From Nitrosopumilus maritimus SCM1 (GTDB taxonomy: Archaea; Thermoproteota; Nitrososphaeria; Nitrososphaerales; Nitrosopumilaceae), in contig NC_010085.1 in assembly GCF_000018465.1 (NCBI RefSeq), forward strand, positions 1,050,001 through 1,082,000: DNA of 32,000 bases. The letters are read 5' to 3'. The translations under genes were made by a program, and so were the position numbers. Under the pieces are notes generated by a model that was not told the origin of the DNA, made no database searches, and saw nothing but the letters and a program-made list of their open reading frames with translations. Of the stretch, positions 21,838 through 30,790 are shown one piece after another (within the stretch, counting starts at the first letter, position 1; each line of letters opens with the position of its first letter).

Positions 21838-23174
21838 TTTTCTAATGGGACAATCCAAGACTTTGGAAGAAGTGTTCTTGGTTCTTTTGCCAAATCAACG
21901 TTTGGGTAAATTAATTTTTGATAATCTCGCCCATTTACAGAGGATGTTATATCCACTCGAATCTCAATGTCTTCATATCCTTGACTGCGATATTTTTCTG
22001 CAAGAAAATGGCTGTACTGTAAAATCATATCAGGTCTTGTAGACATTTTAGATTCTTGTCTTGCAGTTAGGTCCTCATCATGATCTACTGTCCAACTCCT
22101 TCCTGTACTAGGATCTGTTGCTGTAAATTCCATAAACAACGTATCTTTGTCTCTAAGCTTCATGTGCCATGCAAAATTGTGCCCTTCTTCAGTCCAGCTA
22201 ACATTTCCAGGATATGCATAATGACGTAAGGGCAGGGTAATTTGTACAACAAGGAAAATCAGGATTAGGGATAAGACAATTTTTTGGTTTTTTGTCAATG
22301 TTGTGATTTTGGATTTTGGTTTTTTTGCTACTTTGAATCTCTTTAAGACTCTAGGCCAACTAGGAACAAAGAAGATCAAAGTTGCAAAAATCATAAACCA
22401 CGGAAATATTCCAATTGAAAATAGTTGTGCGTTTAGAAGGTGAAATGAAACTAAAATTGCATATGCAAAAATTCTAGAACGGCGCCAGAGCAAAAACGGT
22501 ACTGCAAGCAAATCAACAAACAAGGCACTATATGCAAAAAACATTACAAACCACTCTTCAGTAAAAAACTGACCTAAAAGAGGAAACGTATCAGCTTCAC
22601 TTTCAAGCCAGAATCTTAATGGATATCCTGCAAGCCAATCAGGATTTAGTTTTGCAATGCCACCAAAAAAGTATGGAATTCCAACTAGAATTCTCAAAAG
22701 CCATAACGAGTATGCTGAAATAAAATCAGTTCTAATTTTCTTGTTGAACCATGAATCAATGGAAAGTGATCTATTTGCAGGAATGAAGATAAGAATAAAG
22801 CTGACAAGCCAAATCAAATAAAAGTGATTGAGATATCTCGATTGTTCTGAGAAAAAGATCTGGGAGAAAGCCAAGAAAAACAAAATTGCACAAATTCGGT
22901 ATTTGAATCCAACCATTATGCAGACAGACAAAACCCCCATTGCAGCAAAATGCACATACATCAGATCACCAGGCCATGGCTTTACCCAATCAAATCCATA
23001 GTATGTAAAATGGAATATTGGATCTATCCAGTATTTAGATATCCAATCATGTTCAAAATATCGAAACACTTCCCAAAGCATAACAGCTCCAAAAATTATC
23101 CTGAAGTAAACCAGAATTGCAATATCACTTGGCTCAAATAGTTTTTGCAAAATTGTTGTTTTTGCAATACTCAT
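21834..23174 (-). CDS. HTTM-domain (vitamin K-dependent gamma-carboxylase-like) membrane protein
   Basis: ILVYFRIIFGAVMLWEVFRYF...DPIFHFTYYGFDWVKPWPG...YLNHFYLIWLVSFILIFIPANRSLSID parallels the N-terminal HTTM/VKGC pattern. Polytopic, 446 aa. Confidence 0.75.
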   Translation of the reverse strand: MSIAKTTILQKLFEPSDIAILVYFRIIFGAVMLWEVFRYFEHDWISKYWIDPIFHFTYYGFDWVKPWPGDLMYVHFAAMGVLSVCIMVGFKYRICAILFFLAFSQIFFSEQSRYLNHFYLIWLVSFILIFIPANRSLSIDSWFNKKIRTDFISAYSLWLLRILVGIPYFFGGIAKLNPDWLAGYPLRFWLESEADTFPLLGQFFTEEWFVMFFAYSALFVDLLAVPFLLWRRSRIFAYAILVSFHLLNAQLFSIGIFPWFMIFATLIFFVPSWPRVLKRFKVAKKPKSKITTLTKNQKIVLSLILIFLVVQITLPLRHYAYPGNVSWTEEGHNFAWHMKLRDKDTLFMEFTATDPSTGRSWTVDHDEDLTARQESKMSTRPDMILQYSHFLAEKYRSQGYEDIEIRVDITSSVNGRDYQKLIYPNVDLAKEPRTLLPKSWIVPLEN

Positions 23175-23272
23175 TTGAAGAGTTGTGAATTTTGGATTAT
23201 TAAAATTTGGATCAAAGATTGGGTGATAATGTCATTCAACTTACTTAAATTAGACAACCAATCAAAAAAATC

Positions 23273-23404
23273 ATGAAAGCAAGATTCCCTGGAAAATGTG
23301 TAGAATGTGGGGAGGCAATCAAAGTTGGAAAAGAAATTCTAAAAAATTCCAAAGAACAGTGGGTTCATGCAGCATGTTCTGATTTAGAAGATGAATTACC
23401 ATAA
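23273..23404 (+). CDS. Candidate 43-aa zinc-binding micro-protein
   Basis: Hand translation gives MKARFPGKCVECGEAIKVGKEILKNSKEQWVHAACSDLEDELP (CxxC...HxxC). ATG start, missing from the track. Confidence 0.45.
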   Translation: MKARFPGKCVECGEAIKVGKEILKNSKEQWVHAACSDLEDELP

Positions 23405-23456
23405 AATGATTAAATTTGCAATAAATCTTTTAAACAACCATAAAAAAGCTAGTCAC

Positions 23457-23876
23457 ATGAAGACAAAAACAAGTATCGTTCTAGCAATTATTGCATCATT
23501 TGCAGTTCTGATGTTTCCATCAGAGGCAATTGCAGAGAATTCAGAAACGACAACAATCACTCCAATCAATGAAGAAATCAGTCTACAAAGAACAGTCACA
23601 ACAATGATTGTTCCAGAAGGCAATACACTACCATGGGGATTTGTCACAGGTAGTGCTTCAGAATATGTTGAAAGACATCCAGTAATCATTCAATTCTTTG
23701 ATGAAGCAAATGATTTGGTACATGTTGCCCAAGTTGATGTCAAAGGAGATGGTTCTTACGAATACAAGTTTAGAGTAACTAGTATTGATGAAAATGGAGA
23801 TATGGAAAAAGCCTTTGAAGGCGAATATACTGTAATGATATACAGAGTCATTCCTAACTCAAATCAACTAGTCTAA
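23457..23876 (+). CDS. Secreted hypothetical protein
   Basis: The signal peptide MKTKTSIVLAIIASFAVLMFPSEAIA starts at the internal ATG 23457. The track start 23391 overlaps the micro-ORF. Confidence 0.55.
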   Translation: MKTKTSIVLAIIASFAVLMFPSEAIAENSETTTITPINEEISLQRTVTTMIVPEGNTLPWGFVTGSASEYVERHPVIIQFFDEANDLVHVAQVDVKGDGSYEYKFRVTSIDENGDMEKAFEGEYTVMIYRVIPNSNQLV

Positions 23877-23931
23877 ACATTCCTTTTTTTCATAGAATTC
23901 ATATACTATTCAAGAAAATGCTAGCTAGAAA

Positions 23932-24471
23932 ATGAGTAAAAATTTTTGGCACGATATAGAATCAGGAGCAGATATTCCTGAAATTATCAATGTAGTAGTA
24001 GAGATTCCTAAAGGTTCTATGAACAAATACGAATATGATAAAAAACACAACATGATAAAACTTGACAGAGTTTTATTTTCACCATTTCATTATCCAGGCG
24101 ATTATGGATTAGTTCCTCAAACACTTTCTGAGGATGGGGATCCGCTGGACGCACTAGTACTTGTTACAAACCCAACTTATCCAGGAATTCTAATTGAAGC
24201 TAGACCAATTGGATTACTTCAAATGAAAGATGCAGGAGATTTAGATGACAAGATTATTTGCGTCTCAACAAATGATCCAAGATATTTACATACTACAGAT
24301 ATTTCAGACATTGAAGATCATTATCGTTCTGAAATTGCACATTTTTTCCAAGTGTACAAAGATTTGGAAGGGAAAAAAGTAGAGATACTAGGATGGCAAT
24401 CAGCAAAAGAAGCAAAGAGCATAATTGTTGAATCAATTAAAAGATACAAGAATACTTTGAAGAAATTTTAA
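23932..24471 (+). CDS. ppa: Inorganic pyrophosphatase, family I
   Basis: VVVEIPKGSMNKYEYD, DGDPLDALVL and DDKIICV are the canonical family I PPase acidic motifs. 179 aa. Confidence 0.9.
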   Translation: MSKNFWHDIESGADIPEIINVVVEIPKGSMNKYEYDKKHNMIKLDRVLFSPFHYPGDYGLVPQTLSEDGDPLDALVLVTNPTYPGILIEARPIGLLQMKDAGDLDDKIICVSTNDPRYLHTTDISDIEDHYRSEIAHFFQVYKDLEGKKVEILGWQSAKEAKSIIVESIKRYKNTLKKF

Positions 24472-24472
24472 G

Positions 24473-24730
24473 ATGTCAAAAGAGTGTAATCATTTTTTAG
24501 AAGAGACAAAAGGGATAGCACCAAACACAAAAAGCTGTGAAGAATGTGAAAAAGAACATCTTCCAGTAGTTGCAATAAGGATGTGTTTGACATGTGGACA
24601 TGTAGGATGCTGTGATTCATCTATTGGAAAACACGCAACAAAACACTTTGAAGAAACAGGGCATCCAGTTATGAAAGCAATTCCAGGAGATATTTGGAAA
24701 TGGTGTTACATTTGCAAAGAATACTATTAA
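24473..24730 (+). CDS. UBP-type zinc-finger protein
   Basis: CEECEKEH...RMCLTCGHVGCCDSSIGKHATKHFEETGHPVMKAI...WKWCYIC matches the ZnF-UBP pattern. Confidence 0.7.
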   Translation: MSKECNHFLEETKGIAPNTKSCEECEKEHLPVVAIRMCLTCGHVGCCDSSIGKHATKHFEETGHPVMKAIPGDIWKWCYICKEYY

Positions 24731-24758
24731 TTTTCAACATATAACAAGCACGTAGACA

Positions 24759-24974
24759 TTGAACAAAGAAAAACTTCACTGGACTTTTTGGGTAGGAATA
24801 GGATTTCTAATTGCAGGAGGAATTAGCTGGGGAATTTTACTGGCAGGAGAGGGTCCACCAAGTTTTGTTGAAGAGACCATAACGTATAGTTACGGTTGGG
24901 TAATTTTTGGAGGAGGTTTGATCATATACTCTACCATTAGAAAGGTTGTAAAATCTAGAGAATCCAAACCTTAG
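24759..24974 (+). CDS. Small two-TM membrane protein
   Basis: WTFWVGIGFLIAGGISWGILLAG and YGWVIFGGGLIIYSTI helices. Non-ATG start in the track. Confidence 0.4.
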   Translation: MNKEKLHWTFWVGIGFLIAGGISWGILLAGEGPPSFVEETITYSYGWVIFGGGLIIYSTIRKVVKSRESKP

Positions 24975-25013
24975 CATATTCATTTTTTAATAGTTAGGAA
25001 ATTACGATTAGCA

Positions 25014-26786
25014 ATGTCTCAATACCAGTTAGGAATGTGGAATCTTTCAGAATTAGCAAAAAATCCAAAAAGTTCAGCATTTCAAAAACAGATCAAAGAA
25101 TTAGAAAATCAGGCTGAAAAATTTGAGAAAATTAAATCAAAACTGGACCCAAAAATGTCATCAAAGAAATTCATGGAAATACTTAGTCAAGTAGAAGAAA
25201 TTTCTGAGAAAATGAGTAAAATTGGTGGATATGCATCTCTTTCATATTCTTCAGATACACAATCAGATGAAGCAACATCATTAATGACTAGAATGTCAAA
25301 ATTAGGATCAGACATTTCAAACAAAATATTGTTTTTTGATTTATGGTGGAAAACGCAAGTTGATGAAAAAAATGCAAAGAGATTGATTAAAGATGCAGGA
25401 GAACTCTCAGAATATCTAGCACACAAAAGACTAATTGCAAAATACTCACTCAGTGAACCTGAAGAGAGAATCATTAACACATTAGATGTTACAGGTATTT
25501 CTGCACTTGTAAAATTGTATGACAAGATAACTAATGCATTTGAATACCAAATGAAAATCGGAAACAAAACAAAAAAGATGACAAGAGAAGAATTAACAAA
25601 TTATGTTCGACATACAAATCCAAAAATTCGTGAAACAGCTTACAAAACAATCCTAGGAAAATATAATGAAAACAAAGGTGTTGTTGGAGAAATTTATCAA
25701 AATATTGCACTTAATTGGAAAGATGAAGGAATCGATATTCGAGGCTACAGAACGCCAATTTCTATGAGGAATATTGGAAATGATGTAGATGACAAAACAA
25801 TAGAATCACTACTTCTAGTTTGCAAAAAAAATGCTCCAGTCTTTCAAAAATTCTTTGTGCAAAAAGCAAAGATGCTCAAAATGAAAAAGCTTAGAAGATA
25901 TGACATCTATGCACCTGCTGCTGCAAACATTAAAGAAAAAAATTATTCATACAACAAATCTGTAAAACTAGTTTTTGAATCACTAGGCAAATTTAGTAAC
26001 ACATTAGAAGATTTTGCAAGAAAGGTTTTCAATGAAAATCATATTGACTCAGAAGTAAGACAAGGAAAAAGAGATGGAGCATTTTGTAGTACATTAACAC
26101 CCAAAATCACGCCTTATGTATTGGTCAATTTTACAGGAAAATCAAGAGACGTATTTACATTAGCTCATGAGTTAGGTCACGCGGTCCACAGTCAAGCTGC
26201 ACAAGATAGATCAATTCTAGTCCAAGATGCACCATTACCATTAGCTGAAACAGCATCAACATTTTCTGAATTACTGCTTTATGACAATATTTCAGACAAG
26301 ATTTCAGATGATGAAAAGAAAATAATGTTATCTGAAAAAATTGATGATTTGTATGCAACAATTCTAAGACAATCATTTTTTACAATTTTTGAGATTGATG
26401 CTCATAAACAAATTGGCGAAGGAACAACCATAGATGAAATTTCAAAAACATATTTACAAAATCTCAAACAACAATTTGGAAAATCAGTTGATGTTACAGA
26501 TGACTTTGCAATAGAATGGAGTTGTATCCCACATTTCTATCACACACCATTTTATTGCTATGCATATTCATTTGGAAATCTTCTTGCATTATCATTATTC
26601 CAAAGATACAAAAAAGAAGGTAAAGACTTTGTTCCAGCATACATTGACATTCTTGCAGCAGGGGGTTCAAAAAAACCTGAAAAACTCCTTAAAGAACATG
26701 GATTAGATATACAATCTACCAAGTTTTGGCAAGAAGGTTTTGATTATGTTAACGGACAGGTAAAAGCACTATCATCACTAAACTAG
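25014..26786 (+). CDS. pepF: Oligoendopeptidase F-like M3B metallopeptidase
   Basis: 590 aa with the HELGHAVH zinc motif and a downstream LAETASTFSE Glu ligand context. Overall M3B length. Confidence 0.8.
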   Translation: MSQYQLGMWNLSELAKNPKSSAFQKQIKELENQAEKFEKIKSKLDPKMSSKKFMEILSQVEEISEKMSKIGGYASLSYSSDTQSDEATSLMTRMSKLGSDISNKILFFDLWWKTQVDEKNAKRLIKDAGELSEYLAHKRLIAKYSLSEPEERIINTLDVTGISALVKLYDKITNAFEYQMKIGNKTKKMTREELTNYVRHTNPKIRETAYKTILGKYNENKGVVGEIYQNIALNWKDEGIDIRGYRTPISMRNIGNDVDDKTIESLLLVCKKNAPVFQKFFVQKAKMLKMKKLRRYDIYAPAAANIKEKNYSYNKSVKLVFESLGKFSNTLEDFARKVFNENHIDSEVRQGKRDGAFCSTLTPKITPYVLVNFTGKSRDVFTLAHELGHAVHSQAAQDRSILVQDAPLPLAETASTFSELLLYDNISDKISDDEKKIMLSEKIDDLYATILRQSFFTIFEIDAHKQIGEGTTIDEISKTYLQNLKQQFGKSVDVTDDFAIEWSCIPHFYHTPFYCYAYSFGNLLALSLFQRYKKEGKDFVPAYIDILAAGGSKKPEKLLKEHGLDIQSTKFWQEGFDYVNGQVKALSSLN

Positions 26787-26797
26787 ATTTTTAATAA

Positions 26798-26872
26798 ATG
26801 GGGCTGACAGTCCAACGCAAGGACTGCCAGCTTTGTTCCCCGAACGGTTTGAATTCGATGTCAAAACCCCAT
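26798..26872. other. GC-rich structured intergenic element (candidate small RNA or bidirectional terminator)
   Basis: An 11-bp stem with one A.C mismatch (GCTGACAGTCC 26803-26813 / GGACTGCCAGC 26821-26831, 7-nt loop) is enclosed by a possible ATGGGG / CCCCAT closing helix (26798-26803 / 26867-26872). Local G+C is clearly above the intergenic background. Confidence 0.4.
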
Positions 26873-26901
26873 CGCAGATTATCTGATTTAAACGTTTGAA
26901 A

Positions 26902-27474
26902 TTATTCCAAGTCTAATTTCTTAGGTTTGATTTTACGTATTGTTCCACCCAAGATTCCAATTGTAATTCCTAATTGATATAAAAAATACAACAACACCTC
27001 AAAGGTACTAGGAGTAAGATCTGTAAATCTACTAATTCCAGTCAATACAAGCAATAACGAACTAAAAAAGAAGACAAATAATTTTACAATTCCATGAAGA
27101 TTTGTGAATTTCAAAATAACAAAAGTCATAACAGTTACAGAAATTGCCAGGACTGTTAGGAATCCAGTATTCATTCCAAAAATAAGAAACAATAATGAAG
27201 CAAGTTCTGCAGGGCTTCCTGCAGAAAGATTTGAAAATTCAATTTTCTCAGGGGATGCAAATCGAGGAACACTCAAAATTGCATTTGCCAAAAACAAAAC
27301 AAACAAAGTAATGGATACTGTTTTTAGATGATTTTGTAGTCGTGGGAATCGAACAAGAATCGCACGGCCTAAAATAATCCCTTGAAATAATCCAACTCCA
27401 AATGCTCCAATTACTGCAAGAATAGAGAAAATTGGATCTTGAAATATATCAACAAGAAATGGGATTAGGGCCAA
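26902..27474 (-). CDS. Polytopic membrane protein, unknown function
   Basis: 190 aa with about 5-6 hydrophobic helices. No family recognised. Confidence 0.55.
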   Translation of the reverse strand: MALIPFLVDIFQDPIFSILAVIGAFGVGLFQGIILGRAILVRFPRLQNHLKTVSITLFVLFLANAILSVPRFASPEKIEFSNLSAGSPAELASLLFLIFGMNTGFLTVLAISVTVMTFVILKFTNLHGIVKLFVFFFSSLLLVLTGISRFTDLTPSTFEVLLYFLYQLGITIGILGGTIRKIKPKKLDLE

Positions 27475-27621
27475 TACTAGGATAATTTCGTGAAAAATAG
27501 AATATTAGTTAGAAGATGACTAATTTTCGTAAAAAAAATAAAAAAAATTCATCAAAAAATTCTTTGAAAAATAAACAAAATAGGAGTAAAGTTAATAATT
27601 TCATGACTGGAGGGACAACCA

Positions 27622-28767
27622 ATGCAAAAGATACTTTGGATTCTACTACTAGTAGCAGTTGTTGGAATCTCTACAAATTTTGCATATTCACAAGAAATAG
27701 GTTTAGCAACTTTTCAAGAAACGGCTCAAGTGCTAGTAGATAGAAGCATATCTCAAAATGTGACAGCATCTATCACTCTACAAAGTACAAGCATTCAAGA
27801 AATTAGAATTCCTGCAGAATTGGAACAAAAACTAAGAGAAGATGAAATGGTTAAAGCAGTAATTATTACAAATCAAGAACAATGTGTTTTGGGCGTATTT
27901 GATGAATCATGCATAATGATTAATGTGGTGAGAGACCCAACAGCAAAAGGCATTATAGAGATTCAAGATGCAGCCAAAGAAGTTGCAATGCCATACATTG
28001 ATGAGATAAATCAGGTGTTTGATGTAAATTCAAAATTACATTCAGTTTTTGTACATAGTGACGATGCATCCAATGAGGCATTGGAGACATCAGGAGTGAT
28101 TTCAGGCAAGGGAATGATTTCAGTGGTATACACAATGTCACCAGAGGATACTAATGCAATGTATGAAAAAACTTCAGCAATTTTAATTCCAAAAATCATT
28201 AGAGAAAGTGGCGGATTTTATGAAGTTGCAAAAAATCTCTCATTTGAAGAAAATGCAAAGATGACATTTTCTATAATACCTTTAGATTCAAAATCACTTT
28301 TACAGTTAAAATTATCAGTGGATTATCCAAATGAAGCCTCTACAATTTCTGAAGTTAGTCCATTAGATTTGTTAAAAACAAATACAATCAACAGATCAGA
28401 TTATTTTTCCTCAGGATTTTACCCACTTAATTCAATCATTCAAGTAGTAATACTATCACCAGAAGATGAAACCATTTCAAACATTAGAGGAAACATTGTT
28501 CCAACACAAATAATTGATAATGAGAAAATTCCAACAGACATATCAAAGGAAGGATGGGTTTTTGATCCTCAAGAAGGACAAAGAATTCAGGGAATGTATA
28601 TTTTTGGAGAAGAAACTTCAGTTAGCAAAGACAAATTAAAATTTTCATTAGGTGATGCACCACCTATTCAACCAGAATCATCAGATGACTCACTTATAGT
28701 AGTAATAATAATTTCAATAGTTGCAATTGCAGCTGCTTTATTCTATCTTAAAGGATACAAAAGATAA
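27622..28767 (+). CDS. Cell-surface protein with a signal peptide and C-terminal TM anchor
   Basis: MQKILWILLLVAVVGISTNFAYS signal, and a C-terminal LIVVIIISIVAIAAALFYLKGYKR anchor with a basic tail. Confidence 0.6.
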   Translation: MQKILWILLLVAVVGISTNFAYSQEIGLATFQETAQVLVDRSISQNVTASITLQSTSIQEIRIPAELEQKLREDEMVKAVIITNQEQCVLGVFDESCIMINVVRDPTAKGIIEIQDAAKEVAMPYIDEINQVFDVNSKLHSVFVHSDDASNEALETSGVISGKGMISVVYTMSPEDTNAMYEKTSAILIPKIIRESGGFYEVAKNLSFEENAKMTFSIIPLDSKSLLQLKLSVDYPNEASTISEVSPLDLLKTNTINRSDYFSSGFYPLNSIIQVVILSPEDETISNIRGNIVPTQIIDNEKIPTDISKEGWVFDPQEGQRIQGMYIFGEETSVSKDKLKFSLGDAPPIQPESSDDSLIVVIIISIVAIAAALFYLKGYKR

Positions 28768-29319
28768 TCATACTAAAAGTACTGCTGCGGCAAAAACAGT
28801 AGTCCATTTACCATCTTTGTCACCACGTGTTTGCTGAGTAATGTTTTGAGTCTTGTAAATTTCTCCAGATATTTTCCATTGTTGTCTTTTTTCATCCCAG
28901 TTCTTATCAACATCAAATGGAATACCTAATGAAGAGGCCAACATTTGTGCTGCAATGTCTTCAGCATAATCACCTGCTTGGGTTTCGGTTTGCCCAAAGG
29001 CTTCGTATTCAGACAAATAACCATATCTGTCTTTGTCCTTAGGTTGTGCGATTCCTACAGATGCAGAACACATTCTATGAGGTTCATTAGTCTGATTCTT
29101 TGAATAAATTGTAAACAAAATCTGCCCAGGTTTGATTTGTTGTAACCCCTCTTTTCTTGAAATTAGTTTTGCCTTTGGTGGAAATATACTGGAAATCAAT
29201 ACTAAGTTGGTACCTGCAATACCGGCATCCCTCAAAGCATATTCAAAACTGGTTAATCTATCTTCATGAATTCCTTTTCCTCTTGTAAGAAATAATTTCT
29301 TTGCAACTAAATCCAGCAT
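28768..29319 (-). CDS. pdaD: Pyruvoyl-dependent arginine decarboxylase
   Basis: LTSFEYALRDAGIAGTNLVLISSIFPP (self-cleavage Ser-Ser context) and a C-terminal VFAAAVLL match PdaD. Confidence 0.85.
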   Translation of the reverse strand: MLDLVAKKLFLTRGKGIHEDRLTSFEYALRDAGIAGTNLVLISSIFPPKAKLISRKEGLQQIKPGQILFTIYSKNQTNEPHRMCSASVGIAQPKDKDRYGYLSEYEAFGQTETQAGDYAEDIAAQMLASSLGIPFDVDKNWDEKRQQWKISGEIYKTQNITQQTRGDKDGKWTTVFAAAVLLV

Positions 29320-29406
29320 TTCAAAATTTTAGAAAATGTATTATTATTTAACTTTAATCAAAAAGACATTTTTTCAGAAATGTTAAAGAGTGAAGGTATT
29401 AAGATG

Positions 29407-29649
29407 TTAATCTCGCTTCTTTTTCTTTTTTCTTTTATCAGGAGTTTTTGCTTCTTGTGTTAGCAAGAGAAAGGTGAAAAATGCGCCCAATCCAACATTG
29501 ACAACTCCCATGAATGTAATGAACATGGTTTGGTCAGGTCCAGCGATAGGAGATAAACCAATTATGATACCCAAAGTACCAGTTGCAAAGAACATCATCA
29601 TCAAAACTTTGATTCTAGTGGGTTCAATGTATCTCATAACAGGTATCAA
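29407..29649 (-). CDS. Small two-TM membrane protein with a Lys-rich tail
   Basis: Two hydrophobic helices and a C-terminal KRKKKKKRD. No family recognised. Confidence 0.45.
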   Translation of the reverse strand: MIPVMRYIEPTRIKVLMMMFFATGTLGIIIGLSPIAGPDQTMFITFMGVVNVGLGAFFTFLLLTQEAKTPDKRKKKKKRD

Positions 29650-29754
29650 AAAATGGCATTATTATAAACTGACGGTTATGAAATTTCTAGAAAAATCCTT
29701 ACAAAAAGAACACAGGTAACACTTTAAACCTTCAAAAATTTCATTTTACTTCGT

Positions 29755-29829
29755 GCCAATGTAGCTCAGCCTGGCTAGAGCATTCGCCTTGTAAGCGAAA
29801 GGTCATGGGTTCAGATCCCATCATTGGCT
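29755..29829 (+). tRNA. tRNA-Thr: tRNA-Thr (anticodon UGU)
   Basis: Hand-folded cloverleaf: acceptor GCCAATG/CATTGGC, D stem GCTC/GAGC, anticodon stem TTCGC/GCGAA with loop CTTGTAA, T stem ATGGG/CCCAT with loop TTCAGAT. No encoded CCA. Confidence 0.9.
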
Positions 29830-29836
29830 TTAAAAT

Positions 29837-29848
29837 TTTGAAGTGTAA
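29837..29848. promoter_or_regulatory. Degenerate copy (TTTGAAGTGTAA, 9/12) of the TTACAATTGTAA palindrome upstream of the third DsbA gene
   Basis: It ends 45 nt upstream of ATG 29893, and a TTAATTAT box (identical to the one at DsbA paralog 2) lies 13 nt downstream. Weak match. Confidence 0.25.
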
Positions 29849-29892
29849 TTTGGCAATACGGTTAATTATACTAGGTTTTGGAACAATCTTAC

Positions 29893-30690
29893 ATGAGTTT
29901 TGACGATAATGAAATTAATCAAAATGAACATACTCAAAATAAATCAAAATCAAATGGTCTAATAATTGGATTAATCGTTGCAGTAGGGGTTGCAGCATTT
30001 TTTGCAGGAATGTATTTCTCAAATGCAAATTCAGATCAGATTTCACAAGAAGATTTGGATGATGCAATTGCCAAACTTGAGCTCAAAATGTTGCAAAACA
30101 GACTACCTACAAATCAACCATCAGAACCAGTAAAGATTTCAGCAGATGATGATCCAATAATCGGAAATCCAGATGCGCCAATTACAATAATAGAATTTTC
30201 TGATTTTCAATGTCCATTCTGTGCACGATTCCACGTCCAAACACTTCCATTACTTCTTGAGGAATACATTGATCAGGGCAAAGTAAAACTAGTTTTTAGA
30301 GACTTTCCAATACAAAGCATTCATCCAAATGCACTTCCTGCATCAGTAGCAGCAGAATGTGCAAATGAACAAGGACAATTCAAAGCAATGCATGACATGT
30401 TATTTGATAATCAAGGTCAATGGAGTAATCAAGAAACAGTTGATGCATTATCTATGTTTAGCCAATATGCAACTCAGATACAACTAGATCAAGAAACATT
30501 TGATTCTTGTCTTACCAGTGGAAAGTATATTGAAGAAATACGAAAAGATCTTGATGATGGTAGAAGTTACGATGTAACAGGAACTCCAGGATTTTTTGTA
30601 GGAAATGATGAGATAGGTTACGTCGAACTAAAAGGTGCGCAGCCATTTGAAAGTTTCAAGAAAGTTATTGATGCACAATTAGAGGCATAA
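29893..30690 (+). CDS. Membrane-anchored DsbA-family thiol:disulfide oxidoreductase (paralog 3)
   Basis: TM helix LIIGLIVAVGVAAFFAGMYF, FSDFQCPFCARF and GTPGFFVGN, close to the 213..1010 paralog. ATG 29893 is preferred over the track's TTG 29878. Confidence 0.8.
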   Translation: MSFDDNEINQNEHTQNKSKSNGLIIGLIVAVGVAAFFAGMYFSNANSDQISQEDLDDAIAKLELKMLQNRLPTNQPSEPVKISADDDPIIGNPDAPITIIEFSDFQCPFCARFHVQTLPLLLEEYIDQGKVKLVFRDFPIQSIHPNALPASVAAECANEQGQFKAMHDMLFDNQGQWSNQETVDALSMFSQYATQIQLDQETFDSCLTSGKYIEEIRKDLDDGRSYDVTGTPGFFVGNDEIGYVELKGAQPFESFKKVIDAQLEA

Positions 30691-30790
30691 AAAATAACAA
30701 GCGTTTATTAGACCTAAACTGTGACTTTACGCATCGGAATAATGACGTCTGGCAATGAGCTTTTCGTCATTGCTAAAGAGAAGAAAACAA

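Noticed and set aside
27516-27743. 75-aa Lys/Asn/Ser-rich ORF upstream of the surface-protein gene
   Set aside because: It is a low-complexity translation of an A-rich promoter region and overlaps the well-supported signal-peptide start at 27622 in another frame.
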